The notes under the pieces: generated by a model | What the model was told of the DNA's origin: nothing | The model's database searches: none | What the model saw: the letters and a program-made list of their open reading frames with translations, nothing else | NCBI GenBank assembly: GCA_965248575.1 | Contig: CBDFJQ010000002.1 | Coordinates: 2,208,001 to 2,272,000 of the forward strand | Direction: 5' to 3' | From: Planctomycetota bacterium | Lineage (GTDB): Bacteria; Planctomycetota; B15-G4 | DNA: 64,000 bases | In this document: positions 1-9,369 of the stretch, one piece after another | Layout of the letters: each line of letters starts with the position of its first letter | Numbering within the stretch: the first letter of the stretch is position 1 | Made by a program: the position numbers and the translations under genes

Positions 1-1918
1 CCAGGTCCAGCAGAGCATGACCACCGCGCGGCACATCCACGCTGTAGGAGCCCGCCGGAAGGTCTGCGAAGCGGAACGCGCCGAGCGTGTCCGTCTGGGT
101 GCGCACGCTGTCCGCTGCGCCCTTCAAGCGAACACTCACACCCGACTGAGGCTTGGCGTTCTTGTCTTGAACCCTGCCATCCACCTGCGCGCCGGGCATG
201 AGGACGAGCACACCCAGGTCCTGCACTTCACCGGCCACGAGGTGCACCGACCGTTCGAGAGCTGCGAAGCCCTCAGCTTCGACGCTCAGTGTCCACGAGC
301 CCGACTGCAGGCTGGGGAGCAGGAACTGACCGCTGGCGTCTGCGATCGTCTCGGCCGTCGGCTCCATGTCGAGGGCGATGGATGCGCCCCCCAGCAAGCG
401 ACCGCCTTTGCCCTGCACGCCCCCCTGCAAGGACGCACCACGAGCCAGCGCCACGGTCAACTGGCCCTCCCCTGCGCTGGGCACACCCGCTGCCTCGACC
501 GAGACGCGCGCATAACCAGGTGCTGCCACCGACAGGCGATTGGCCACGGGCCCTGCGCCGTGCAGAAGGAACCCGCCGGCGCCTAGCGGCTCGACTTCGA
601 GCTCGGGCTCGACCTGGAACCCGGCCCGATGGCCCTGCACCTCAGCAGCGGGAATCCCTTGCCCCGTCGACGCATCCTGCACCTGGACGCGCAGACTCGC
701 CGGCCGTTGCAGGGTCAGCAGGGCGTCCCGCTCGTTCGCGGGCAGGCCGGCCAACTTGCCCACTTCGAAGCCGTCCGCCTCCACATAGAGAGTCAGGCTT
801 CCGCCCTTCAATCCCGCCAGCTCAAAGAAGCCCTGCTCGTCCGTCTGGCCGTGCGCCGAGTCCAAATCCTCAAGAGCAGCGCTCAGTTCGTAGAGCAAGC
901 TGTCCCCGGGATCGAAACCCACGAAGGCCGTGCGGAAGTCGGTGGTCGCTGCGTGCACTTGAGCACCCACGACCGGCTCCCCCTGCGCGTCGAGCACGAA
1001 GCCCGCGAGGGACGCGCCGCGGCTCAAGACGATGTCACCCAGATCCTTGTCCTCGCCGCTGCCCAGCTCGATGCCGAAGGTCACGACGGGCGTCCAACCC
1101 GCTGCGCTGATCTCGTACCCCAGCCGACCTGGGAACAGCCCTCGCGATCGGAACCTCCCAGCGGCGTCCGTGGTCACATGCAGGAACGCCTCGAAGGAGC
1201 CGCGATAGTTGGAGTCGACGAAGGCAGGCTGCGGCGAGCGCTGCAGGATCGCCACGGACACCTGAGGCATGGGGCGCTCCCGCTCATCGACGATGCGGCC
1301 CCTGAGCACACCCCCGGGTTCCAGCTGCAGATCCCCCAGGTCGAGACCCACGGCAGACAAGCCCGAGCAGGGCACCGCGCGCAACGCGAAGCCCTCGGCA
1401 TCCAGGATCAGGTCCGGCGCGAGACGCCATCGCAGGCCCGCGGGGGGTCCGCTCCACGGGATCTCGAGTGCGAAGCGACCACCGGCGTCACTGAGCACGA
1501 CCGGCAAGCTGGTCAGGTCCACCAAGTAGGAACCTGCCATGGGCCAGCGCTCGGTCTCCCGTTCGCTGGGCATGTACGTCACGCGCACCTGGGCGAGGGG
1601 CAGTCCCGTGTGATCGACGACTCGGCCGCGCAAGCTGGCCACGGGGGTCTCGGCGACCAGGGCAGCCTCCGCCACCCGCTCCTCGCCCAGTTCCTCATCC
1701 TTGGAGAGCCCCGCGCTGGAGACGTCCAGCGGTTGCGGGCTGGGGCTGCTGCTGGGGTCCGGCAGTGTCGTCAACTCTTGCTGGGAATCCTCTGACGGGG
1801 CCCCCGCCGCATCTGGCGAGACCTCGTGCTGGCCCGTGTCATCGAGCAAGACGAGCGCCAGCACCACCACGGCGGCGACACAAAGAAGGCCCAGCAAGAG
1901 GCGGGTGGGTGAGCTCAT
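1..1918 (-). CDS. Carboxypeptidase-regulatory-like domain repeat protein with N-terminal membrane anchor (3' partial, runs off window)
   Basis: Manually translated, not in the ORF track. ATG at 1918 gives MSSPTRLLLGLLCVAAVVVLALV, then repeats such as LRGRVVDHTGLPLAQVRV, GVLRGRIVDERERPM and TDTLGAFRFADLPAGSY. Confidence 0.7.
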   Translation of the reverse strand, partial: MSSPTRLLLGLLCVAAVVVLALVLLDDTGQHEVSPDAAGAPSEDSQQELTTLPDPSSSPSPQPLDVSSAGLSKDEELGEERVAEAALVAETPVASLRGRVVDHTGLPLAQVRVTYMPSERETERWPMAGSYLVDLTSLPVVLSDAGGRFALEIPWSGPPAGLRWRLAPDLILDAEGFALRAVPCSGLSAVGLDLGDLQLEPGGVLRGRIVDERERPMPQVSVAILQRSPQPAFVDSNYRGSFEAFLHVTTDAAGRFRSRGLFPGRLGYEISAAGWTPVVTFGIELGSGEDKDLGDIVLSRGASLAGFVLDAQGEPVVGAQVHAATTDFRTAFVGFDPGDSLLYELSAALEDLDSAHGQTDEQGFFELAGLKGGSLTLYVEADGFEVGKLAGLPANERDALLTLQRPASLRVQVQDASTGQGIPAAEVQGHRAGFQVEPELEVEPLGAGGFLLHGAGPVANRLSVAAPGYARVSVEAAGVPSAGEGQLTVALARGASLQGGVQGKGGRLLGGASIALDMEPTAETIADASGQFLLPSLQSGSWTLSVEAEGFAALERSVHLVAGEVQDLGVLVLMPGAQVDGRVQDKNAKPQSGVSVRLKGAADSVRTQTDTLGAFRFADLPAGSYSVDVPRGGHALLDL

Positions 1919-2015
1919 GCGAGGGATGGTACCGGGGGCGACCGAGGACGCGCCTCCGCGACGTGATAGTTTGGCCAGCTCCGTGTGCTCGAGCCGACGT
2001 CCCTGTTCCCTCTTG

Positions 2016-3578
2016 ATGGATTCCCCGGTGCGCTTGTCGTTCGCTGGCCTACTTCTCTGCGGAGCCACTGGTGGACTCATCGCGGGGATCAGCGCGTGCA
2101 GCCAGGCACAGGAGCCGTCCCGCGCGCCCCCCAACATCGTGCTCATCTCCCTGGACAACCTGGGGGCCCGGCACCTGGGGGCCTACGGATCCGAGCGGGA
2201 CACCAGCCCCTTCCTGGACTCACTGGCCCGGCAAGGCGTGCTCTTCGAGAACGCACACTCCCAATCCACCTGGACGTTGCCCGCTCACGCCTCCTTGTTG
2301 TCGTCGCGCTACGTCGGGGCACACAGCGTGTGGAACATGGAACGCCAGCTCCCGCGGCAGGCCACGCTGGTGCAGGAGGTGTTGGGTGAGGCCGGCTACC
2401 AAACCTCCGCCTTCACCAGCTGCGTGTTCGTCTCGGAGCTCTACGGCTTCGACCGGGGCTTCGACCACATGAGCACCAGCGAGCTGCCCGCCCAGCGGAT
2501 GCAGCCCGCCATCGTGAAGCACCTGGAGCGGCAGTCGCAGCGCGGGGAGCAGCCCTTCTTCCTGTTCCTGCATTACTACGACGTGCATCAGCCCTTCTCG
2601 GAGCCCAACCCCTACGGCGAGGACTTCGCAACAGGCCTGCCTGATGGCCCGCTCGACGAAGCCTGGGCCTTGGTGGATCTGCTCGGACGCCGGGCGCGAG
2701 AGGTCAGTGATGAAGACGTCCAATGGTTGAGCGGCCTCTTCCCCGAGCTCGATGTCGAGGCACACATGCAGGCTGCGCGAGAAGCGGATGCCGTGCTCGA
2801 TGAGCGCCTCATGAAGTTCGTCTATCGCTATCTGGCCGAACTGGGCCCCGAGGCCCTGGCAGCGCGCAAGGCCCGCTACGACAACGGCGTCGCCAACATG
2901 GACGCCCGCCTCGCCGAGCTCTTCGACGCGCTGCGCTCCTTCGACTGGTACGAGGACACCGTCTTCGTGATCACCGCGGACCACGGCGAGTCCTTCAATG
3001 ATCCGCCGGGGGTCCTGGGGCACGGCGGCGAACCCTACCGTGAGCAATCGCATGTCCCGTTGATCGTGTTCGGTCCGGGCATCCCGCAGGGCGTCCGGGT
3101 CGAAACCCCCGTCGCTGGCATCGACGTCGGCCCCACCCTCTTGGAGCTGGCCGGGCTCGACGTTCCAGAAGATTTCCAGGGCGCGCCCCTCAGCAGTCTC
3201 TTCGAGGGTGCGGCTTCGCCCTCATCAGGTCGGCGACGGCCGGTGCTGACAGGTGTGCGCTCGTCGGGGCGGGTCAGCATCGTGGAGGGGCCGTGGAAGC
3301 TGATCACCGGAGGTGATCTGGGTTCGGAGATGCCTGCCAACACCGCCGCCATAAACGCAGACGCAGACGCGGACTGCCCCATCGAGCTCTACGACCTGAG
3401 CCAGCCGTCCCGTGCCAACGAACGACTGCAGCATCCGGAGGTCGTTTCGCGTTTGCATGATTGGCTGCGTCTCATCGAGCAGCGCAATGCGGGCCTGGCA
3501 CAACAGCTCGACTACGAAAGCGTGCTCTTGGACGCCGAGACCCAGGCACGCCTGGCCGAGCTGGGCTACGTGAAGTAG
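2016..3578 (+). CDS. Sulfatase-like hydrolase (alkaline phosphatase superfamily), exported
   Basis: PNIVLISLDNL, STWTLPAHASLLS, FLHYYDVHQP, TADHGE and C-terminal LAELGY; start at the ATG before the hydrophobic leader. Confidence 0.85.
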   Translation: MDSPVRLSFAGLLLCGATGGLIAGISACSQAQEPSRAPPNIVLISLDNLGARHLGAYGSERDTSPFLDSLARQGVLFENAHSQSTWTLPAHASLLSSRYVGAHSVWNMERQLPRQATLVQEVLGEAGYQTSAFTSCVFVSELYGFDRGFDHMSTSELPAQRMQPAIVKHLERQSQRGEQPFFLFLHYYDVHQPFSEPNPYGEDFATGLPDGPLDEAWALVDLLGRRAREVSDEDVQWLSGLFPELDVEAHMQAAREADAVLDERLMKFVYRYLAELGPEALAARKARYDNGVANMDARLAELFDALRSFDWYEDTVFVITADHGESFNDPPGVLGHGGEPYREQSHVPLIVFGPGIPQGVRVETPVAGIDVGPTLLELAGLDVPEDFQGAPLSSLFEGAASPSSGRRRPVLTGVRSSGRVSIVEGPWKLITGGDLGSEMPANTAAINADADADCPIELYDLSQPSRANERLQHPEVVSRLHDWLRLIEQRNAGLAQQLDYESVLLDAETQARLAELGYVK

Positions 3579-3615
3579 CCGAACCCGGCCGGGGCCCTGA
3601 ACGACCAGCGGCTCG

Positions 3616-5643
3616 TCAGAGGATCTCTTTCAGATGCGCGAGGGCGCGGCTGTCGCTGAGGTAGTTCTCGTGGCCCAGGATGCGCGTCTGGAACGGCAGC
3701 TCGGAGCGGGCCCCCAAGAGCCCCAGGGCCACGCAGGCGAAGGCCCGTGAGAGGCTTGGGCGAGCGTCGCTCTGCGCCAACTGCCGCAGCGGGTCGATGG
3801 TCGCGCTGTCGCCGATCAGCCCCACTGCCTTGGCCAGGCCAGCCACCACGGCGAGCGGCGGGTCGGACTCCAGCGCCGAGACCAGGCTATGGACGGAGTC
3901 CCGGTCGCCCATGAGCCCCAGGCCCATGGCTGCCTCCACCCGCAGCTGCTGCGGCGTCGCCTTGCCAACACACAGGCTGCGCAACAGCTCGGACACTTCG
4001 CGGTGATCCATGAGGCCGAGGGCCACGGCCACATGCCCGCGGAAGCGCTCGTCGTGCACGTCTTGATAGTCCTCCATGAGCACGGCCGCGCTGTCCGCGT
4101 CGTTCAACAGGCCCAGGGCCACGGCGTAGGCTCCCTTGAAGGCCGGGTCGGATTCCTTCGTGTAGGCCACGCGCAACTGCTCGAAGAGCCGTGGACGCAC
4201 CGACTCGTCACCGCGCCCGAAGAGCGCAGCCGCCAGCGCCCCCCAGCTGCGGTCCTGGCGCGCGGTCCCCTTGCCGGCCATTTCCTTGAGCAGCGCGTCG
4301 AGGATGCGCTTCGAACGAGCGGCTGACTCGCTCGCCGCGCGTTGGTCTTCCGACGTCTCCACAGCACCTGGTTCTGGTACTGATTCTGGTACTGGTCCTG
4401 GTCTCGGCCCTGGCCCACGCCCGCCGACCTCACCCAAGGCCACCAGCGCGAAGTGCCGGGTGTGGGCATCGCGCCCCTCCTGGACGTAGTCCAGCAGGGC
4501 GTCCACCACCTGTGCGTCGTCCACGTGGGCGAGGCGCCCCATGGCGATGGCGAGGGACTGCATCACCCGCGCGTCGGCGTCGCGATCCAGGAAGGCCTCC
4601 AGCAGGTGCGGCAGCAGGTCGGCATCACCGGAGCGAGCCAGGGCCGTGGGAACGTGGTTGCGGATGCCGGGGTCGAGGCGCTCGTCCGCCAGCAGGTCCA
4701 GCAGGATCGCCTGCACACCGCTGCTCACCTCGTCTTGCGCGCCCAGCATGCCCAGGGCGATCACCGCGCACAGTTTCAGGTCCCGCTCCCGGTCGGGAGT
4801 GCGGCGCACCACGTCGGCCAGCATGATCGCGTCCGACGGCTTCCCCGCGAGACCCAATGACAGCGCCGCGAAGGCGCGCATCATGTCCGGCACCTTGCCG
4901 CCCGCGATCTGTCGGCCGTGCGAGTCATCCCGCACCAGGGGCTTGAGCAGCGAGCGCACATCCTCGTGCGCCAGGACGCCGAGCGACAGCGCCGCAGAGG
5001 ATTGCACCGTCGCTAGCTTGCTGCCCAGCTGCGGAGTCACTGCTGCGAAGACCTCGTCTGCCGTGGAGGCCCGCGCTGAGCGGGCCGCCGCCAGCACGGC
5101 GGAGTCGAGGATGTCCGGGTCGTCGGAGGACAGCATGCCCAGCAGCGCTGGCACGATGCGCCCGTCCACCGCTCCCGTAGTGGGCCGGTAGGAGTTGCTG
5201 GCCTGGACGCGCCGGCCTCGCCCCGTGAAGGCGGACACGGAGCCGGAGACCACTGCCCTGTCCACCAGGTGCGAACGCAAACGCAGGAAGCGGTCGCGGT
5301 TGTGCACCCACCAGAGCTCCCAACTGCCGGCGTCCAAGGCGTAGCTGATTGCGCCCGACGAGCCCGTACCCGACCCGCTCGTGCGGCTGACGCTTCCGCG
5401 GTTCCCGCTCGGAGCCCGGGCGCCGGCACTGCTGACGGTGGTCGCTGGGCGACCCGCCGGTCGTCTGGCCTTGGCGCTGCCTGGGCCCGTGGGTGAGGCC
5501 ATGGGCCCGTTCACCACGATGGGTGGGCCCACACCCGTGGGAACGTTGGCGGGTTTGACCCGAACGCCCCCGTGAGCGAAGACCGACCCGCTCCAGAGCA
5601 GGACACAGAACGACAGTAGCGATGCTGCGGCGAGACGGCTCAT
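3616..5643 (-). CDS. Secreted HEAT-repeat protein
   Basis: Signal peptide ending VFA-HGG, low-complexity linker, WELWW motif, many AALSLG/ALGLL helical repeats. Confidence 0.8.
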   Translation of the reverse strand: MSRLAAASLLSFCVLLWSGSVFAHGGVRVKPANVPTGVGPPIVVNGPMASPTGPGSAKARRPAGRPATTVSSAGARAPSGNRGSVSRTSGSGTGSSGAISYALDAGSWELWWVHNRDRFLRLRSHLVDRAVVSGSVSAFTGRGRRVQASNSYRPTTGAVDGRIVPALLGMLSSDDPDILDSAVLAAARSARASTADEVFAAVTPQLGSKLATVQSSAALSLGVLAHEDVRSLLKPLVRDDSHGRQIAGGKVPDMMRAFAALSLGLAGKPSDAIMLADVVRRTPDRERDLKLCAVIALGMLGAQDEVSSGVQAILLDLLADERLDPGIRNHVPTALARSGDADLLPHLLEAFLDRDADARVMQSLAIAMGRLAHVDDAQVVDALLDYVQEGRDAHTRHFALVALGEVGGRGPGPRPGPVPESVPEPGAVETSEDQRAASESAARSKRILDALLKEMAGKGTARQDRSWGALAAALFGRGDESVRPRLFEQLRVAYTKESDPAFKGAYAVALGLLNDADSAAVLMEDYQDVHDERFRGHVAVALGLMDHREVSELLRSLCVGKATPQQLRVEAAMGLGLMGDRDSVHSLVSALESDPPLAVVAGLAKAVGLIGDSATIDPLRQLAQSDARPSLSRAFACVALGLLGARSELPFQTRILGHENYLSDSRALAHLKEIL

Positions 5644-5738
5644 GCTTCCCTCCTCGAACCCGAGGTGAACGTGCACAGAGCCGGACGGCCTCGCTCAGGC
5701 TTTTCCGGCAGGCGGGCCCCAGGAAATCCCACAGGCTG

Positions 5739-6827
5739 CTAGGGCGTCGTGCCTCGAATGCCGTTGGAGATCACGATGTCGTGAATGCTCGAGGGGTCGT
5801 CGATGATGAACTGAAAATAGACCTCGGTAGCTGACGGCACGCCTGGTGGCCAGGAGGCCGCAGCGCTGAACTGCCCGAAGGTGTTCGAGGCGACGAAGAA
5901 CTGACTGTTGAAGGGGAACGCATGCACCGTTCCACCGATGGCTGCAAAGGGAGCGCTCGGGTTCAATGCGAACCAGACCAACATGAGAGCGTTGGGCCGC
6001 ACGCTGGAGATGCTGACGGGGTTGAACGTCCCCACCGTCAGGGGGCCGGCGCCCATGAGCTGCGGGTCGCCGTAGAGCGGGCTGGTGCTCGCGCCGCCCA
6101 GGTCATCCCAGAAACCTGCGTCGGCGGTGCAGGCGCGCACGGCCCAGTTGCCGTTGTAGAAGGCCGGGCAAATCATCTGGCCCAAGCTGAACTGCCAGTC
6201 AGCCGGATCCACCCAACCGGTGTTGCGTTCGTCGAGCAAGCTCTTGCCCGGCAGGCACTGTCCTGTGCCGTCGGTCAACACGTTGGCGGGGACGCCGGGC
6301 ACGGCCCCGGGGCAGTTGGGGAAGCTGACGTTGGCAACGATCCTGAAGGCGACCACGAAGTCATCCTGCACCACGATGTTGAAGGGCGTGAGATCGAAAG
6401 TGTTCATGCCCGTGGTGGTTGCCAGCATGTCCGGGCCTTCGAAGATCTTGGTGCCCATCCCGATCGTGCCACTGGGGTTGAAGTTCACGGAACCCTCGTA
6501 AACCTCGACACTCACGATGAACTGGTGCGTCGTCTCGCCGCTTGTGTGGCCGAGACCGATGGAGGCTTGCGTCACGTACTGCGGGCCCATGCCGGGCACC
6601 AATTCGAAGTAGCTGCCCACAGCCTCGCCCTGGCAGAGCGCCACGATCACTTGTGAGGTGAGCGGTACGCCAACAGGCGCGTCGGGCAGGGTGTCCACCT
6701 TCCAGAAAGTGTTGGTGGGGTCTGAGCAGACCTGGGCTTCGACGGCGGGTGCCGCGCAGAACAGGGTGGCAACAAGACCCATCAGACAACGGGGCAGCCA
6801 GCAACGAACAGAGGGAGACGTCTTCAT
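5739..6827 (-). CDS. Secreted hypothetical protein with conserved C-terminal domain (type A, 5739-6110)
   Basis: Signal peptide (…APAVEA-Q); C-terminus WDDLGG…WPPGVP…YFQFIIDD…ISNGIRGTTP is shared with three other proteins here. Confidence 0.75.
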   Translation of the reverse strand: MKTSPSVRCWLPRCLMGLVATLFCAAPAVEAQVCSDPTNTFWKVDTLPDAPVGVPLTSQVIVALCQGEAVGSYFELVPGMGPQYVTQASIGLGHTSGETTHQFIVSVEVYEGSVNFNPSGTIGMGTKIFEGPDMLATTTGMNTFDLTPFNIVVQDDFVVAFRIVANVSFPNCPGAVPGVPANVLTDGTGQCLPGKSLLDERNTGWVDPADWQFSLGQMICPAFYNGNWAVRACTADAGFWDDLGGASTSPLYGDPQLMGAGPLTVGTFNPVSISSVRPNALMLVWFALNPSAPFAAIGGTVHAFPFNSQFFVASNTFGQFSAAASWPPGVPSATEVYFQFIIDDPSSIHDIVISNGIRGTTP

Positions 6828-7199
6828 GAGCAAGGGACCCCGTGGAGGTGGTGAGCAGCGGCGGCGGACAAGCCGGAGTGGTCGCCGAGCGTGCCCCAGC
6901 CTACCCGCAGGATGGCCCGGCTCCGGTTCCCGACACCCTGCCCAGGCACGTCTGACCAGCCATCCATAGGCGGGCCCAAGCCCCCAGTGACGCCAGAGGC
7001 CCCTCTTTCCAAAGACTCCGCCCAAGACGGCTGTCTGGGGGCCCCCAGCTTCGCTATGATCCGCCGCGCAGCACCCCGGACGCTGGCCAGGAAACGGCCG
7101 CCGGCGAGCCCCATCAGGCTGGTTGAGCGAGCTGACTCGCCCCCCAGCGTCCAACCGCAACATGTCGAACAATCACGATGCAGTAAGACGCAGTTGGAA

Positions 7200-7274
7200 T
7201 CCCCGGTAGTGTAATTGGCAACACATCAGATTTTGGGTCTGACTTTCGAGGTTCGAGTCCTCGCCGGGGAACCA
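7200..7274 (+). tRNA. trnQ: tRNA-Gln (anticodon UUG)
   Basis: Full cloverleaf: acceptor TCCCCGG/CCGGGGA, anticodon stem TCAGA/TCTGA with TTG at 7233-7235, T arm CGAGG-TTCGAGT-CCTCG, encoded CCA at 7272-7274. Confidence 0.97.
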
Positions 7275-7594
7275 GTTGTGCAGGTTGGAGCGAGCGGGGG
7301 CCGTGTGGCGCGTGAGGCGGCGTGGTGCGGGCGTGGTGGCGATTGAGCGCACTGGGCGGTAGCTGCGGCGGAGGTGGCGAACGGGGCCGGGACGGCGACG
7401 ACTCTCGGCGACATTCGAGGGGGCGCATTGGAGAGTCACGCGCGACGCGATCTGACCGGTTCAGGACCCCGTTTGGCTCTCTGACTCTCTGTCATCTCGG
7501 GGCCTCGAATGTCAGAACGGGCATTTCGGACGGCTGAGAATCGAGGGAGAGCCAACCTCGAATGTCAGCGACGAAATCGGGCCTCAATGGCACG

Positions 7595-7867
7595 CTCCCG
7601 TAGTGTCCCATCCGACGGCCGCGCCGCAACCCGTGCCCAGAGCATGAGTTGGGCATCGATCCAATGAGCGAATGACGACCGAGTTCTACCCGTTGCAGGT
7701 CTTGGCTCTTGGCACTCTCAGGATGGGCGAACCTCGAGCAGCGGCAAGCGATCGAATACCTGGTCGAGAAAGGCCGACATCCGGAACCGAGGTCCACTGC
7801 GTCGAGCGCCTCGGCGGCCCGCTGAAGCACTACAAGCGCGCGGCCTAACGATGGGACACTACGGGAG
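7595..7867 (+). mobile_element. MITE-like internally deleted DDE (integrase-core) element with perfect 18-bp terminal inverted repeats
   Basis: CTCCCGTAGTGTCCCATC (7595-7612) and its exact reverse complement (7850-7867). The interior has a frameshifted transposase N-terminus (MTTEFYPLQVL/LALSGWANLEQRQAIEYLVE) joined to a C-terminus (EVHCVERLGGPLKHYKRAA*). Confidence 0.8.
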
Positions 7868-8091
7868 AGAGGGGCCGTCGTGACCCGCGGAATCCAGCAG
7901 CGAATCTCCGTGCGTCACGCCAAGGTACCCTTCTCTTGGGCGTCGCCCGGGGTGGCGATCTCGTCCGGTGACCCAGGGCGGCCTGGCCAGCACGAGCGGA
8001 CCGCGTTACGGTGGCCCTGCGCTGCTTGAGGCGTCCGCATAGCGACTCGTCGAGCGCCGCGATCCTGCCACCCGTCGGAGCCAGGCCGCCT

Positions 8092-9159
8092 ATGCTCATA
8101 CTCACGGCCAGCTGGATCATGGTGACCGCCTTGGCGGCACTCCCGCTCCAGCCGCAGCTCCAAGGCCCCGCGGTCTCCCAGAAGCCGCGTCTGACCGCCG
8201 CGCGCTCCAGCAACTGTACCCCGGTCGGCGCGAGCCACCCGATGACCTATGTCGTCGGGGGACATCAGGGGAATACCCTCGTCACGACGGCCGACCCGGA
8301 CACGCGCAGGTTCCTGGTGTTCGTTCCCAGCAGCTACGAGCCGCAGGGCAAGCCGTATCCTGTCGTCTACGTGTTCCCAGGGACCGGCCAGACGGGACCG
8401 GACATCCAGGGCAACACCAACTGGAGCCAGGCAGCGGAGGCTTTTGACTTCATCGTCGTGTACCCGGAGGGCCTGCAGTACCTCCTGCAGGACGGAACCA
8501 CTCAGCGGAAGTGGAACACACCCGCCGTGGTCCAGGCCGCCGATCCCTCGGAGTTGCCCCTGGCGGACGACGTGCTCTTCATCCGCGAAGTCCACAACTC
8601 ACTCGGCAATCAGATACACATCGATTGCGACCGCGTCTACGCCACCGGCTTCTCCAACGGCGGCGCGTTCGTCAAGACGCGTGTCCGCGTCGGCCTGGCC
8701 GACATCTTCGCGGCCACGAGCTCCGCTGCGGGCATCGGTGTCGACACGAACTCGCCGCCCGACTACTTCCCCGCGGACGGCACCTCGTTCCGACCGCACT
8801 TCGGGATCGGCGGAACCGCGGACGAGGGCTTCGTGTCCTACTGCATCGCCCTGGGCGACCTCGACCCGGGCGACCCCTTCCCGCTCCAGATCGCCGACAT
8901 CATCGCCACGCCCTGCATCTGGAATCCGGTCACCACGCTGGCGGCATCGATCGGGTTGGATCCCTGGACGTTCCAGTCGACCGAGCACGCGTCATATACA
9001 GAGATCGAATGGGACAGCGCGCTCCTGCCGGGCCCCGGCCCGACGGAGTACCGCTTCCGGATCCTGCCCGGACTCGGTCACGAATACCCAAGCGGGGACA
9101 ACTATCCGACGGACTACGTCCCGATCTACTACACGTGGATGAGTCAGTTCACACGGTAG
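8092..9159 (+). CDS. Secreted esterase, PHB depolymerase/LpqC-like alpha/beta hydrolase
   Basis: PVVYVFPG, FIVVYPEG, DDVLFI, RVYATGFSNGG (GxSxG nucleophile), GLGHEYP. Confidence 0.85.
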   Translation: MLILTASWIMVTALAALPLQPQLQGPAVSQKPRLTAARSSNCTPVGASHPMTYVVGGHQGNTLVTTADPDTRRFLVFVPSSYEPQGKPYPVVYVFPGTGQTGPDIQGNTNWSQAAEAFDFIVVYPEGLQYLLQDGTTQRKWNTPAVVQAADPSELPLADDVLFIREVHNSLGNQIHIDCDRVYATGFSNGGAFVKTRVRVGLADIFAATSSAAGIGVDTNSPPDYFPADGTSFRPHFGIGGTADEGFVSYCIALGDLDPGDPFPLQIADIIATPCIWNPVTTLAASIGLDPWTFQSTEHASYTEIEWDSALLPGPGPTEYRFRILPGLGHEYPSGDNYPTDYVPIYYTWMSQFTR

Positions 9160-9220
9160 GCAAGCTCGAGTTCGAGGTCGGGTTGTCGAGAGGGTTGTGC
9201 CTCCCGCAAACTCCATCCTG

Positions 9221-9314
9221 CCCGTCCTGTCCAGAAACTCGGCCGACGAATATTCCGAGCCATCCTAGGGATTCGATGCCCGCACGACGCGGCTGAGTTT
9301 GTGGACATGACGGG
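9221..9314. mobile_element. 94-bp miniature element with 24-bp imperfect terminal inverted repeats
   Basis: CCCGTCCTGTCCAGAAACTCGGCC (9221-9244) against GGCTGAGTTTGTGGACATGACGGG (9291-9314), 21/24 complementary; the left end recurs at 30725. Confidence 0.65.
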
Positions 9315-9369
9315 GTCGGATCGCATTTCGCGAAGAGCAACCGCCGGGCCTCCGGCAGGGATTCGATGC

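Noticed and set aside
4368..4415. Short repeats encoding PGPRPGPVPESVPEP
   Set aside because: Ordinary low-complexity linker in the HEAT-repeat protein.
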